Under the pieces are notes generated by a model. It searched no databases, was not told where the DNA came from, and saw nothing but the letters and a program-made list of their open reading frames with translations. From Octopus sinensis (lineage: Eukaryota), in the NCBI RefSeq assembly GCF_006345805.1, contig NC_043006.1, positions 59,830,001 to 59,894,000 of the forward strand: a stretch of 64,000 nt of DNA. The letters run 5' to 3'. The position numbers and the translations under genes were made by a program. Below are positions 48,751 to 60,867 of the stretch, piece by piece (the first letter of the stretch is position 1; each line of letters begins with the position of its first letter).

Positions 48751-49966
48751 TTTAGTTAAAAAAAAAAAAGCAAAGCAAAACAAAACAAAACAGCATAATA
48801 ACTATTGAGATATTTGTAATTAGTCTGTTTGATCAGAAGTGTCATGAAACTAAATAAGACCAGTCATTACAATAATATACGAGTATCATAGAGCAGACTT
48901 AAGTCCTTGTTTTGATTTCTTGGTGTAACTATTTCATTTCTCACTCATTGATAATAAGCATTCAGAAACACATAAGCCCCCTATAAATTATGATTTCCTA
49001 TCTAGACAGTTTACTCTGACATCCATCACCAACAATTTTATCTTCTTTCCAGCTCCTCCCAGAGTTATGCAATGTAGGCTAACTACCAATCTCCTCTATT
49101 CCAAGACACCTGTGCCTGTCCCTCTACATCTGGCATAAAGCCACTTCCCACTCTACTGCAACCTCACTCAGTTGAGGGTTTTTTTTCTTTGTCTTGCAAT
49201 TTACTTGGCAACCCCACTAGTGCTGGTGTCACAAGAAAAGTACCCAGTACACTCTGTAAAGTGGTTTAGTAAAGGAATCCAGCTGTAAAGTGGTTTAGTA
49301 GGGCATTAGTAAGGGCATCCAACTGCAGAAATCATTCCAAAATACAGTGGAACCTAATGCCGCCACCACCACCATCATCATCATCATCTCCAGTCTGATC
49401 TGACAGTGTTTCTACAGCTGGATGCCTTCTAATGCCAACCCCTCCGTGAGTGTAGTGGGTGCTTTTTACGTGCCACCGGCACAGGTGCCAGGGGAGGCTG
49501 GCTGTGGCCACGATCGGTTGGTGCTTTTTATGTGCCACCGGCACGGTAGGTTAAACAAACTGGTTCCACTGGATGTGTAATGTTACAGAGCATGAACGAT
49601 GAAGTACTTGACACACCCATCTTTCCTCCTTTCATCTTCTAAACTGTATTTGTTCCCACTGCCCAGACTCTGCACAAATTAGTCCCTTTGAAATATGCAT
49701 CTCGTCTACATTTTTCTTGTAGAGGAGTTATCAGAGATGTTCAAACTGAGCATCAGTGGTATCCATCTCACCAATCTCCTTGAGGTTATGGAGGCAACTA
49801 ATTTCTCCTGACCAAACTGTAGAAAAAAAAAAGAAATAAAAAATGCTAAAATTGGGAAAAAAAGGAAGAACTCATTCTTTAGTTGAAAGAAAAGGAGTTG
49901 TCACAGCATGATATTTATAGATTAATATCTAGGTTAGTTCCCTCCAATGGCCAAAATAAGGATACA

Positions 49967-50459
49967 TACCGTAAATCCTCGAGTATAGTCCGCCCTTGAG
50001 TATAATACGCAGGGGATTTTTAGGGGGCTGTACTTCTGAAAAACCTAAACCTTGTGTATAATACGCACCCCTTCTCTAACTTGAGTCCTCGGTTTGTAAA
50101 AATGTATACGGTAACATCCTTTATTATTGTATATATAAGATAATGCAAACGTGTAGCTTTTTTGTGCATTTTGTTTGCAGAAAATAAAGAAATAACAGTA
50201 ATAAGGTTTAATAAATGTTGCTTATTGCAAGTTATGGATGATTCTTTTATGACTTCATTGCTTTCAGGCTTAGCTTAAGGTATTTTCACGCCCGACATCA
50301 CAAAATGCATCTGAATAAACATTGCCGGACAGCAAATAGAGATTCAGACGTTGCTTAGAAAATATTTTAAATTTTTAACCTCGTGTATAATACGCACTAG
50401 GGATTTTGACCTTTAAATTTTGGAGAAAAAATGTGGATTATACATGAGGATTTATGGTA
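49967..50459. mobile_element. TA-flanked Tc1/pogo-type MITE (about 490 bp)
   Basis: TA|CCGTAAATCCTCGAGTATA.../...TATACATGAGGATTTATGG|TA; sits about 16 nt from the exon 6 donor. Confidence 0.7.
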
Positions 50460-50474
50460 ATTATTCTCACCTAC

Positions 50475-50592
50475 CTGAGCATATCTGGAAAATGAAAAGC
50501 CATCCTGCAGTATTTTCTCCAATAAATAACTATCGGAATTTTCACTTGGCATCCAAAACAGGTAATCTTGCTTCTTTCTAAACTCATGTAGT
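50475..50592 (-). CDS. LRRC9: LRRC9-like exon 6 (118 nt, phase 2-0)
   Basis: aacag|A...CAG|gtaggt; LHEFRKKQDYLFWMPSENSDSYLLEKILQDGFSFSRYAQ; a second in-phase acceptor (tttag) lies 12 nt downstream, so the exact start is uncertain. Confidence 0.8.
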
Positions 50593-50836
50593 CTGTTTAT
50601 GTCCAAATGTTTAAGGTGTTTTTTTTGTTAGTAATAAGCAATGGCAGTTACAAGAATACATAGATATTTTTAAAATAATAGCAGAACTATAAATGTTGTT
50701 TTTATCTCAGTAAAAAGATGTAGCAGATTTCTTCCCTTGCATCGAGTATGAAAAAGTGGACACATATGAAAATGTTTATCACAGAATAAATGAGGATATT
50801 ATTCAGCAAGCAAATGGCTGTGTGTGTGTGTGTGCA

Positions 50837-50886
<50 letters not shown>

Positions 50887-51022
50887 TGTGTGTGCATGCG
50901 TGCATACATACATACATACATACCTATATATATGTGTGTGTGTATATATTATATATATATTATTCAAAGTGTACAGTATTATATATACATTACAGCTGAT
51001 CTTACCAATCGGTTTCATGCTG

Positions 51023-51058
<36 letters not shown>

Positions 51059-51223
51059 ATAAATTAAATATAGAGATATTCTATTGAAAATCCAAAAATT
51101 TATTTATATTACAATATTATATTAAATACAATGAATATAATATATAACATAACACAATATTATATAAATAATTATAAAAACTGTAAAAGGCCAACAAATT
51201 GTTGACTTGTATGTGTATGCATA

Positions 51224-51271
<48 letters not shown>

Positions 51272-51419
51272 TATATATATATCTTTGCCTACTGACTTCA
51301 AAGCCCTATAATGGAAGATTGTATGATTTTAATGCATTAGGCCTCCAGGCTTCTTTTCTAGGCTATGTTTTCTTTCCTATTCCCTCTTCCTTTTGTTTAT
51401 TTTTTGGATGCTTTTGTAT

Positions 51420-51536
51420 TTACTCTGATGAAGCTCCATGTTCTAGTTCGTATATCCTATGTAGATGGAGAATATCATTTTTGCAATTCTGTCATAGGCA
51501 CTGACTGACATCGGAAGCAGAAATGGCCATAAGAAT
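51420..51536 (+). ncRNA. type I minimal hammerhead fold with intact catalytic core and weak stem I
   Basis: CUGAUGA 51425-51431, bulged 9-bp stem II with inner CCUAUG/CAUAGG, GAAA 51520-51523, palindromic stem III AUGGCCAU, AUA site. Confidence 0.65.
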
Positions 51537-51699
51537 TGTTATGTCACAGAAATGTTATGGTCATGCTTTGTGTTAAATAATAAGCTACAGATGTGGTCCA
51601 ATTGATTTGTTTGTTGATCTAAAGTTAAGGACTACTACATTAGAATATAATGTACACCTATATAACCATAAAAGATGGTCAGTGCTTGCTGCAATACTC

Positions 51700-52090
51700 T
51701 ATCAGATTCAACCTGGATCAACAAGAATCAACAAAAAAAAAGATGCAACAAGACATGGGATGAAGTATTTTAGGATGACTTCAAAACGCTGAGCGTTATG
51801 AAGGAGATGAGAGAAGACCGAGATATGTGGTGCATTGTACTTGAGAAGACAGAAGGTGGGTGCTAGTGCCATGTAAAAAGCACTGGTGCTGGTGCCATGT
51901 AAAAAAACAACAAGTACACTCTGTGGTGTGGTTGGCATTAGGAAGGGCATCCAACCATAGAGACCATGCAAAAAATACAATGGTATCTGGCGCAGCCCCT
52001 GGCCTTGCTAGTTCCTGTCAAACTTATTCAACCTATGCCAGCATGGAAAATGGACGTTAAATGATGATGATGATGATGATGATGATAATG
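51700..52090 (+). mobile_element. RTE 3' fragment
   Basis: ORF-end relic, ggaagggcatcc, terminal stem-loop, (GAT)n. Confidence 0.75.
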
Positions 52091-52175
52091 ATAAAGGAAG
52101 AACAGTCTTGAAAATAAACAAGATAAAATAACAACAACAACGACAATAACAACAGCAACAATAACAATGACCTAC

Positions 52176-52361
52176 TGATCAGTCAAGTTATATCCTTCAT
52201 CAGGTAGAGATATCAAAGACATGAGGTAGTTATCGAATCGTAAACTGACAGCTCGGTTGATCACTTTAAACACACTGAGTACATCTATCCCACTGATATC
52301 AAGTTGTTGGAAATCCCATTTACAGAAGTTATCCAGGATCATATCACAACAGCAGTCATAC
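52176..52361 (-). CDS. LRRC9: LRRC9-like exon 5 (186 nt, phase 2-2)
   Basis: ttgcag|G...CA|gtaggt; YDCCCDMILDNFCKWDFQQLDISGIDVLSVFKVINRAVSLRFD resembles LRRC9 [25 protein letters not shown]. Confidence 0.9.
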
Positions 52362-52809
52362 CTGCAACAAAAGAAATACCATAGTTTTTAACATTTTTTT
52401 TTTGAGTTTTTTATAAAATAATTTCTTTGATTCTTTTATATAACATTGAACAATTTTCTTCAAGGGTCACTACTTTCAAGGGTGTAGCCAAACAGATCAA
52501 CTCCAGTAGTTATATTTTGAAGCCTGGGACTTATTCTATCAGTCACTTTTTGCCAAACCACTAAGTTATGGGGATGTAAACAAATCAATACCAGTTGTCA
52601 AGTGAGGTGGAGGACAGATACAAACATAAGATACACTGGTTTCTGTGCCAGTGGCACGTAAAAGGCATATCTGTGATTATAAAGCATGCTACTCAACCAT
52701 ATGGTTTTAAATTTTGGGGTTCAGCCTCACCACATGGCACCTTGGTCAAGTATTCTACTATAACCCTGGGCTCGTCAAAGCCTTGTGAGTAAATGTGGTT
52801 GACATACAT

Positions 52810-53460
52810 ATCATCATCATTTAACGTCTGTTGTCTATGTTGGCATAAGTTGGATGGTTTGACTGGGCTGGCACGCTGGAAGGCTGTGCCAGATTCGTGA
52901 CTGATTTGGCATGGTCTTCTATGGTTGGATGCCCTTCCTAACACCAACCACTCTGAGAATGTAACGGATGCTTTTACGTGCCACTGGCATGGGTGCCATT
53001 TGTGTGACACCAGTATCCGCCATGACTGTATTTTGCTTGGCTTGATGAGTCTTCTTCTCAAGCACAACATAGTGCCAAAGGTCTTGGTCATTGCCTCTGT
53101 GAGGCCCAACACTCGAAAGGAGCTCAGCCACTTTGCCTCCATGAGGCCCAGCATTTGAAAGGAACTCAGCCATTTTGCCTCTGTCAGGCCCAATGCTAAA
53201 AAGGTACTTAGCTGCTTTACCTCCAATGTTCAAAGGTTTTTTTTTTACATGCCACCAGCACAGGTGAACTTGGTTTGACAGTTCCTCTTAAGCAGAGCAC
53301 ATCGCCAAAGCTCTAGGTGACCAGTCATTGCCTCTGTGAGGTTCAAAGTTTGAAGGTCATGCTTCACTGCCTCATCCCATGTCTTCTTGGGTATACCTCT
53401 GGGACCTCTCCACAGTTAAAGATCGGCACTTCTTTACACAGCTGTCCTCGTCCATGCACA
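52810..53460 (-). mobile_element. RTE 3' fragment with about 41-bp triplication of the ORF end
   Basis: LGLTEAK/LGLMEAK/LGLTEAM repeats; (ATC)n at 52810. Confidence 0.75.
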
Positions 53461-53630
53461 AAATATATGTTTATAAAATGCATATACACATATAACTGAC
53501 AGATTTAAATATAGAGAGGTCCAGATCTCAGCATCAAATTTAGCCTCTCATAGCTTGTATAATGAAATATTATCTCATATAAAACCTGTAGCAGTAATAA
53601 CCCATTACTCTAGTTTCACCAAAGACTTAC

Positions 53631-53762
53631 CAAGAATCAATTAATGAAGGTTCTTCAAATTTCACATTACCACATGTGATCAGTTCGGTATCAACCATGT
53701 ACAGACCAAAATTGTATGATTTCTCCATAAAAAACAATGCTTCTTTGAATTTGAGTATTACC
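53631..53762 (-). CDS. LRRC9: LRRC9-like exon 4 (132 nt, phase 2-2)
   Basis: ttacag|G...TG|gtaagt; ..MVDTELITCGNVKFEEPSLIDSW resembles LRRC9 LLIELETVGNFHFEEG..DDW. Confidence 0.9.
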
Positions 53763-54352
53763 CTGTAACAGAAGACGGATGTGAAAATAGTGATGTAACA
53801 TGGCTCAAAGAAAAATGGGTGTGTTGAAATAATTCATAAAGGAGTTGTCAATGTATATGTGAAGGTACAATAGCCAAGTAGTTAGGGGTGTTTGATTTAT
53901 GATCATATGGTTATGGGTTCAATTCCTGGACTGGTTAGCACGTCTTTTTGAGCAAGACACATTTTACATTACCCTAGTCTCTTCAGCTGTAACGAGTACC
54001 AGCCGAATGTTGGTGCAACATTCTCTTGCTTTCGCATGTCACATCTTGGATGAGTGAAGAATAGGTGGGAGGCAAGATATTGTTCATCTGCTTTGAACTA
54101 CATAAGCATCTACGACAGTACAAGTCATCAAGCCGTACTCGGTCATGAGTCCAAAATAAGCTATGATAGAAGGTAACATGCTCAAGGTACAATGCAGGAG
54201 GATTAAAAATCAAGATGTTATCATTGAGAAATAAACCTCTTAACCATTTGGCTATGCTTGTGCACCTACAAACAATGTACGTATATGCACTCACATACAC
54301 ACACACTGCTGTTCTTTCTCATGTACACTATATACACAAATAACACTCATAC

Positions 54353-54444
54353 CTCTGGTATTTTGCTTCGCATTTCTCCAGCGTTACGTGAATGGTTTTC
54401 TGCCTGGTATGTTTCTCTGTTTCTGGCAGAGGGATGTTCTCTAT
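54353..54444 (-). CDS. LRRC9: LRRC9-like exon 3 (92 nt, phase 0-2)
   Basis: atgcag|ATA...AG|gtatga; IENIPLPETEKHTRQKTIHVTLEKCEAKYQR; phases fit both neighbours; low similarity (linker). Confidence 0.7.
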
Positions 54445-54589
54445 CTGCATGAGATTCAGCAACAACAACAACAACAGTCCAATGGTGTATGAAGGAGTCG
54501 ATACCATGTGTGAAAATAAACAAATATATTTCAGTAACACAGAATTCAACATAAAATATGCATTTATAAAGTAAATTGTTATGACATAT

Positions 54590-55132
54590 AATACTGGACT
54601 ACAAGACCTGTTGGAAGGTATGCTTGAGGACTCTGGCCCCACGACCCTCCCAGGAATAAGTGAGCGAAGAAGATGAAATGAATACTGTTCTACGTGAATA
54701 AGAGAAGGAACCTGTGGAAGAGGTAGACCCTAAAAAACATGGGATGAGATGGTGTAATTTGATCTTTGGATGTTGAGTTTCATGGAGATGGTGACAAGTT
54801 ATTGAAAATTTTGGTAAACTACTGTGCTTGAGAAGACATGTTAAGCCATGCGAAACTGTGGTCATGGACAGTGTTGGGGACATGTAAAAGGTGCTCATGC
54901 AGGTGACACATAAAAGGCACCCATGCTAGAGACACATAGAAGGCACCCATGCCAGTGACACATAAAAAACAGCCAATTCCCTCTGTGGAGTGGTCGGCAT
55001 TAGGAAAGGCATCTAGCCATAGAAATCAAGCCAAAACTGACTGAGCTTGGTGCAGCTCTCTAGCTTACCATCTCCAGTCAAACTGTCTAACCCATGCCAG
55101 CATGGAAAATGGACGTTAAATGATGATGATTA
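54590..55132 (+). mobile_element. old RTE 3' fragment
   Basis: three gacacataaaaggcaccc units, terminal stem-loop, (GAT)n. Confidence 0.7.
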
Positions 55133-55299
55133 TGTTGTTGTTGTTGGGATGTTGTGATGATGTTGCCCTGGAATTATATTAGCTAATATGTATTTTTTAA
55201 TGTCTATTTAAGAAGCTAGGATGTGAATTAAGGAACATTTGGCTGCTATTTCTGGTTGGTTGAGCAGTTGCATACAGGCTCCCTCTATATAGGCTTATA

Positions 55300-55518
55300 G
55301 AAAGGGGTGCTGAAAAGTTCCTGGCATTAAGGGTGTCGCAAAAGGACTGGTTGGAGGCCCAACCTTTTGAGTTCTTTTAGAGGCCTTAGGAAAACTGAAG
55401 GATCACTGCAATAACAGTGTCAACCCGAGAGGGGGAATATGTTGAATAAAATCATAATTAACTGATGCTCCTGTATTTTCTTTCACCTAAAGCCAAAAAC
55501 TTTCCAGCAACCCCTCGC
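55300..55518. mobile_element. small mariner-type MITE
   Basis: GGGGTGCTGAAAAGTTCCTGGC / GCCAAAAACTTTCCAGCAACCCC; partial second copy at about 59560-59705. Confidence 0.55.
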
Positions 55519-56129
55519 AAAATGACAATGATGACGACAACAACGATGATGATGCTCTAGTTTAGCCCCGGGCCAATCCTTGTTGTGCAGGTCTATGAGC
55601 AAAAACATACTGAATGTTACCGTCATTCCTTTTATTCAGAGTCTATGTCAACAACTACATTATTCAACGTGTTCCCTTTTCTTCTTTTAAATAAAGTACA
55701 ATGTGATTTGAAGATTTTGCTGTTATATTTAGCAGGTTTAAAGACTCCATAGAGGCTCCTACATTAGTGATGGTCATGTAGATGTAGATGTTTAACACCA
55801 GAACAACTCCAGTCGTGCAGATTGATTCATGAATAAAAGCATTCCAGTCATGAGTTCCATCTTTATTTTTCAGCAAAGAGAATCCAGGGCCACGATATTG
55901 AATATGCCCTCTTTTTTTTTTAAGGCATTAAAGAATGCTTTAAGAGAAATTTGACTGCTATTTATACCAAATCAAGCAAACGCACTGAGACATCTTTGTT
56001 TGTTTGCTTGTTATTATTGTTTAGATTGTGACCAGGAAGGCAAAGTGTACCAAGGACTACATACTAACATTGAGAAGAAAATTTTCAAATGTGATGGTAA
56101 GAAGAGTTTGTTGTAATCCGTCAGAAGAG

Positions 56130-56206
56130 GTAAACAATGATGACGAAGAGGGTGATGGTAATGATGATGACGATGATGATAATGATGGCGATGGTGAAGA
56201 CAGTGG

Positions 56207-56237
<31 letters not shown>

Positions 56238-56446
56238 CGTGATGGTGGTCATGGTGGAGGTGGTAATGACAATGATGACGACAATGTTACTGTTGAAACA
56301 GATGGCAAAAGTTCATGTGTTGAAAGAAGTGATGGTGGTGGTGATGATAAAGATGGTGATGATGATGATGGTGGTGGTGGTGATGTTGTTGATAAGAAAG
56401 TTGACGATGATGCTAATGATAAGGATGATGACGTTGGTGATGATTA
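56130..56446. repeat. (GAT)/(GGT) trinucleotide mosaic
   Basis: visible; produces the D/G-rich and M/V-rich ORFs. Confidence 0.9.
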
Positions 56447-56494
56447 GAGGAAGAGAGGAAATGATGACTGAAGCCAAAACAGACATCAGCTTAC

Positions 56495-56650
56495 CATTTG
56501 AAGAAGTCTGGCAAGCTGTTCCACATACATATAGTAACCCGTTAGGAGTCTTGTCCTTAAATTCAAAGCAGCATCTAACCAGCAATTCTTCTTATATTCC
56601 AATTGTTTCTTCTTAGAATCATAAAATATGACCTTCTTCTCAATGGTAGC
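56495..56650 (-). CDS. LRRC9: LRRC9-like exon 2 (52 codons, phase 0-0)
   Basis: ttgcag|GCT...ATG|gtaagc; ATIEKKVIFYDSKKKQLEY.. resembles LRRC9 TAMKKIMYYNMRIK. Confidence 0.85.
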
Positions 56651-57946
56651 CTGCAACAAATCAAAGCAGTAAATCAGGCATCATTGGTCAACCATAACAC
56701 ACACACACACATACACACATGCACATACACACAGGGAGCATCATCCTCATCATCATTTAACGTCCATCTTTCAAGCTGGCATGGGTTGGCCTTGCCAATA
56801 GTATCCAATGAGCTGGAGGACTATGTTGAGTTCTAATTTCTGTTTTGGCATGATTTCTACAACTAGGTGCTCTTCCTAGGTGCCACATTACAGAGTTACA
56901 GGGTGCTTTTTTTCATTGCACCAGCACTAGTGAGGTTGCCAAGTATCTTGCAAAACAAAGAAAAGACCCCCAACTAAGTGGTGTTACAGTAGAGAGGGAA
57001 AAAGCTGTATGCCAAATGCTGAGAGGCTAACACATGATGGAGGGATGGGTACAGGTGTTTTGTAGGGGGAGATACATGTCTATCCAACGTTATATAAGAG
57101 TAGGAGTGGCTGGAAAGAAGATAAAGATGTGATGAGATGTCAGAGCATACTCTCGAGGTACAAGAAGGTGAGTGGTCATGTGATTAAGAAAGTCACTTTG
57201 GAAACATGATTTAAGGTGCGTTTGCACTGTGTGGACATTGTCTGCTAGAAACATTTACTACAGCCACAGACTGAACAATTACTTGTAAAATTTGGTTGAT
57301 AGAACCGTGAGTTTTCATGCATTACCAACGATCATGAGCACGAGAGCACGGAGCTATTGGTAAAGTGCAGGCGGTGCACGGCACAGCCACGGAGAATGCA
57401 TTTGGCCGAGCGGCAGTGACGACCATGCTGCCGCGGCCCCGTTTCAGGAACTCATTTGGCGTTGACTGCTGCTTCATCCGCGTGCGTAACATACAGACAC
57501 ACACTCGCAGCAGATATCATCGCAGCCGCTGAGACGACAGCCTTTCAATCACTCTGAACTACTACGACAGACTACTTACTACCAACATTTACTGATATTT
57601 ACTGGATTGCAAATGTACACCCTTCAAAGTAGGAGGTAGTAATATGGTTGTTGGTCTATGATAGACAGCTTTGATGATCAATGTTACTATCATCTCTGAG
57701 CTTTCTACTAACATATCCATGCATGCATGTATGTATGTATGTATGTATGTACATACATTATAGCTGCCCCCTCGTTATCGAGTATGGCCATTGCACGAAG
57801 TTTTTCTACCTATTATATATATTATATTATTTTTGTAATTTACTTTTTATTGTTATTTTAATTTTAACTTTTCTATTATATGTAATTTTGTAGATGGTGT
57901 AATTTAATTATTCATTTTGAATTGATAAAAGGTTGTTTTTTTTCTA

Positions 57947-57982
<36 letters not shown>

Positions 57983-58154
57983 CTTGTGAGTATTACTTTG
58001 AGTCTTTTATTGCCATATAATTCCACACATGCATATATTGAGAAACCATTATGATTAGATATTTTCTAAAATGCTTAACTGTATGTAAACTAATTTAAAT
58101 TTCTCCAACCAATGGGTACTAATTTATATACAGAGTCTATATGTTAACTTTTTT

Positions 58155-58198
<44 letters not shown>

Positions 58199-58519
58199 AC
58201 GTATGTATACGTGTATAGATATATATCATCATATGTATTTTTTCACATATGTTTTATATATGTATATCTGTATGTACATATTTATCTATATATGTATATT
58301 CTATTCTATCCTATTCTATTTTTATTTATTTTACCTCATTTTATATTTTATACCTTTTATTTTTATTGTATTTTGCTTCTTATATTATTTTATTTTATTC
58401 TAGCTTATTAGTTATTTTTATTCTGTATTGTATTCAGATTAATCCGTTAATCCTCACGCACACAAAAACAAAAATAAAATAACTCCCATATATTTAATCT
58501 GCCGGTATGAACTAAGATG

Positions 58520-58922
58520 AGGCGTATGAGTGGCTGTGTGGTAAGTAGCTTGCTAGCCAACCACATGGTTCCAGGTTCAGTTCCACTGCGTGGCATCTTG
58601 GGCGAGTGTCTTCTGCTATAGCCCCGGGCCGACCAATGCCTTGTGAGTGGATTTGGTAGACGGAAACTGAAAGAAGCCTGTCGTATATATGTATATATAT
58701 ATGTGTGTGTGTATGTGTTTGTGTGTCTATGTTTGTCCCCCTGGCATTGCTTGACAACCGATGCTGGTGTGTATACGTCCCCGTCACTTAGCGGTTCGGC
58801 AAAGAGACCGATAGAATAAGTACTGGGCTTACAAAAGAATAAGTCCCGGGGTCGAGTTGCTCGACTAAAACGGCGGTGCTCCAGCATGGCCGCAGTCAAA
58901 TGACTGAAACAAGTAAAAGAGT
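58520..58922 (+). mobile_element. composite SINE, young copy
   Basis: closely similar to the 44946 copy. Confidence 0.85.
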
Positions 58923-59249
58923 AAGATGTCAACATGTGATCTTTCATTGTATGCTTTTTTCCATGATGATATTTTGTTCATATCTTATAAATGCAAATTT
59001 AAAGCATAAATTTGTCATTTATTTAATGAGCACAATTGATACAGCTATATGGAGTATCAATTTATTAATAAATAATTATTAACTTTCAACTCACCATTTT
59101 CTTTTCTTCTATTAATTGAATACAGATTATACGCATAATATATACCTATTGATTTACGGAAATTCTATTTCCCCAAAATATTAGGTATAGAACCAGTGTT
59201 TTCTTGGATGTAATCCTCCCTTTAAGAGGTTAATATATTCTCTAATTAT

Positions 59250-59520
59250 GGAGGCACATGGCCTTGTGGTTAGAGTAGTAGACTCGCGATCGAGGGATCA
59301 CAGGTTCGAATCTCAGACCGGGCAATGTGTGTGTTTATGAGCGAAACACCTAAGTTCCACGAGGCTCCAGCAGAACGCAATGGTGAACTTCTGCTGACTC
59401 TTTCGCCACAACTTTCTCTCACTCTTTCCTCCTGCATCTTGCAGCTCACCTGTGACGGACTGGCGTCCTGTCCAGGTGGGGAATCTATATGCCAAGGAAA
59501 TCGGGAAACCAGCCAGGTGT
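59250..59520 (+). mobile_element. second SINE family copy
   Basis: ggaggcacatggccttgtggttagag..ggttcgaatc; shares its body with 9506-9810. Confidence 0.7.
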
Positions 59521-59745
59521 GGATCAAGAAGGAACAAACAACAATAGCCTCTAATTAACTTAATTTTTACAGGGCTTAGAAAAACTGAAGGACAACTGCA
59601 ATAAGTGTGAGAATCTGAGAAGGGAATTTGTTCAGAATAATCATAACTAACTGATCCTCCTGTATTTCCTTTTACCCAAAGCCAGGAATTTTTCAGCACC
59701 CACTGAAATATTATGCATGCATGCATACATGCATACATACATACA

Positions 59746-59777
<32 letters not shown>

Positions 59778-59779
59778 AA

Positions 59780-60430
59780 TAAAAAAATAAATAAATCGAT
59801 CAATGGAAATTGCAGATGTGTTACCAGTGCCGGTGGCATGTAAGAGAACCATCCGTTCATGACCGTTGCCAGCGCGGCAAAGCACCATCCGTTCGTGTCC
59901 ATTGCCAGCCTCGCCTGGCCCCCATGCCGGTGGTACATAAAAAGCACCATCCGTTCGTGGCCGTTTGCCAGCTCTGTCTGGCACCTGTGCGGGTGGCACG
60001 TAAAAAGCACCCACTACACTCACGGAGTGGTTGGCGTTAGGAAGGACATCCAGCCGTAGAAACACTGCCAGATCTGACTAGGCCTGATGAAGCCTTCCGG
60101 CTTCACAGACCCCAGTTGAACCATCCAACCCATGCTAGCATGCTAAACGATGATGATGATGATGATGATATACGCCTGACTGGTGACCGTGTCAGTGACA
60201 CATAAAAAGCACCAACTGATCGTGGCCATTTGCCAGCCTCCTCTGGCACCTGTGCTGGTGGCAAGTAAAAAGCACCCACTACACTCATGGAGTGGCTGGC
60301 ATTAGGAATGGCATCCAGCTGTAGAAACACTGCCAGATCAGACCGGAGCCTGACCCACCTTCCCAGACCCCGGTCGAACCGTCCAACCCTTGCTAGCATG
60401 GAAAACGGACATAAAACGATGATGATGATA
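59780..60430 (+). mobile_element. two tandem RTE 3' UTR fragments
   Basis: hairpin units and (GAT)n tails at about 60150-60168 and 60418-60429. Confidence 0.8.
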
Positions 60431-60867
60431 ACCTTATAATTTTTCTCTTAATTAAAATGTTCCATATATTTTTCACTTCTATCTAATTGTACATTTCGTG
60501 TTATTTCTTCATGGTGTATTTTCATAACAATAAATAAAATTCTATAAAACAGTTTACACTAGGAACACTACTGTTTTTATTATCACTTTTTCAGCTCCTT
60601 TGAACATTTTATACCAAACAATTGTTGATAGTCAAATAAAATATTACTCCAACTGTTAGCTGCTGTCTATGTACAAGGCTATTAATCTTGATAAATACAG
60701 TTGCTGCAAGGAGTGGTGTAGATTCTAATATTTTGATCTCTTGTCTTTTGTCATAGAGTTGGGAAAAGAGAGGGAGAGAGAGAGGGGAGAGAAAGAGGGA
60801 GTTGTGTTGTTGCATTAGCTGCAAGCTAGTAAACACTACAAATACATGTTTGTATGTAATAGATGTG

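Noticed and set aside
56028-56616. D/G-rich and M/V-rich plus-strand ORFs
   Set aside because: Products of a (GAT)/(GGT) repeat; the real coding signal is minus-strand exon 2.
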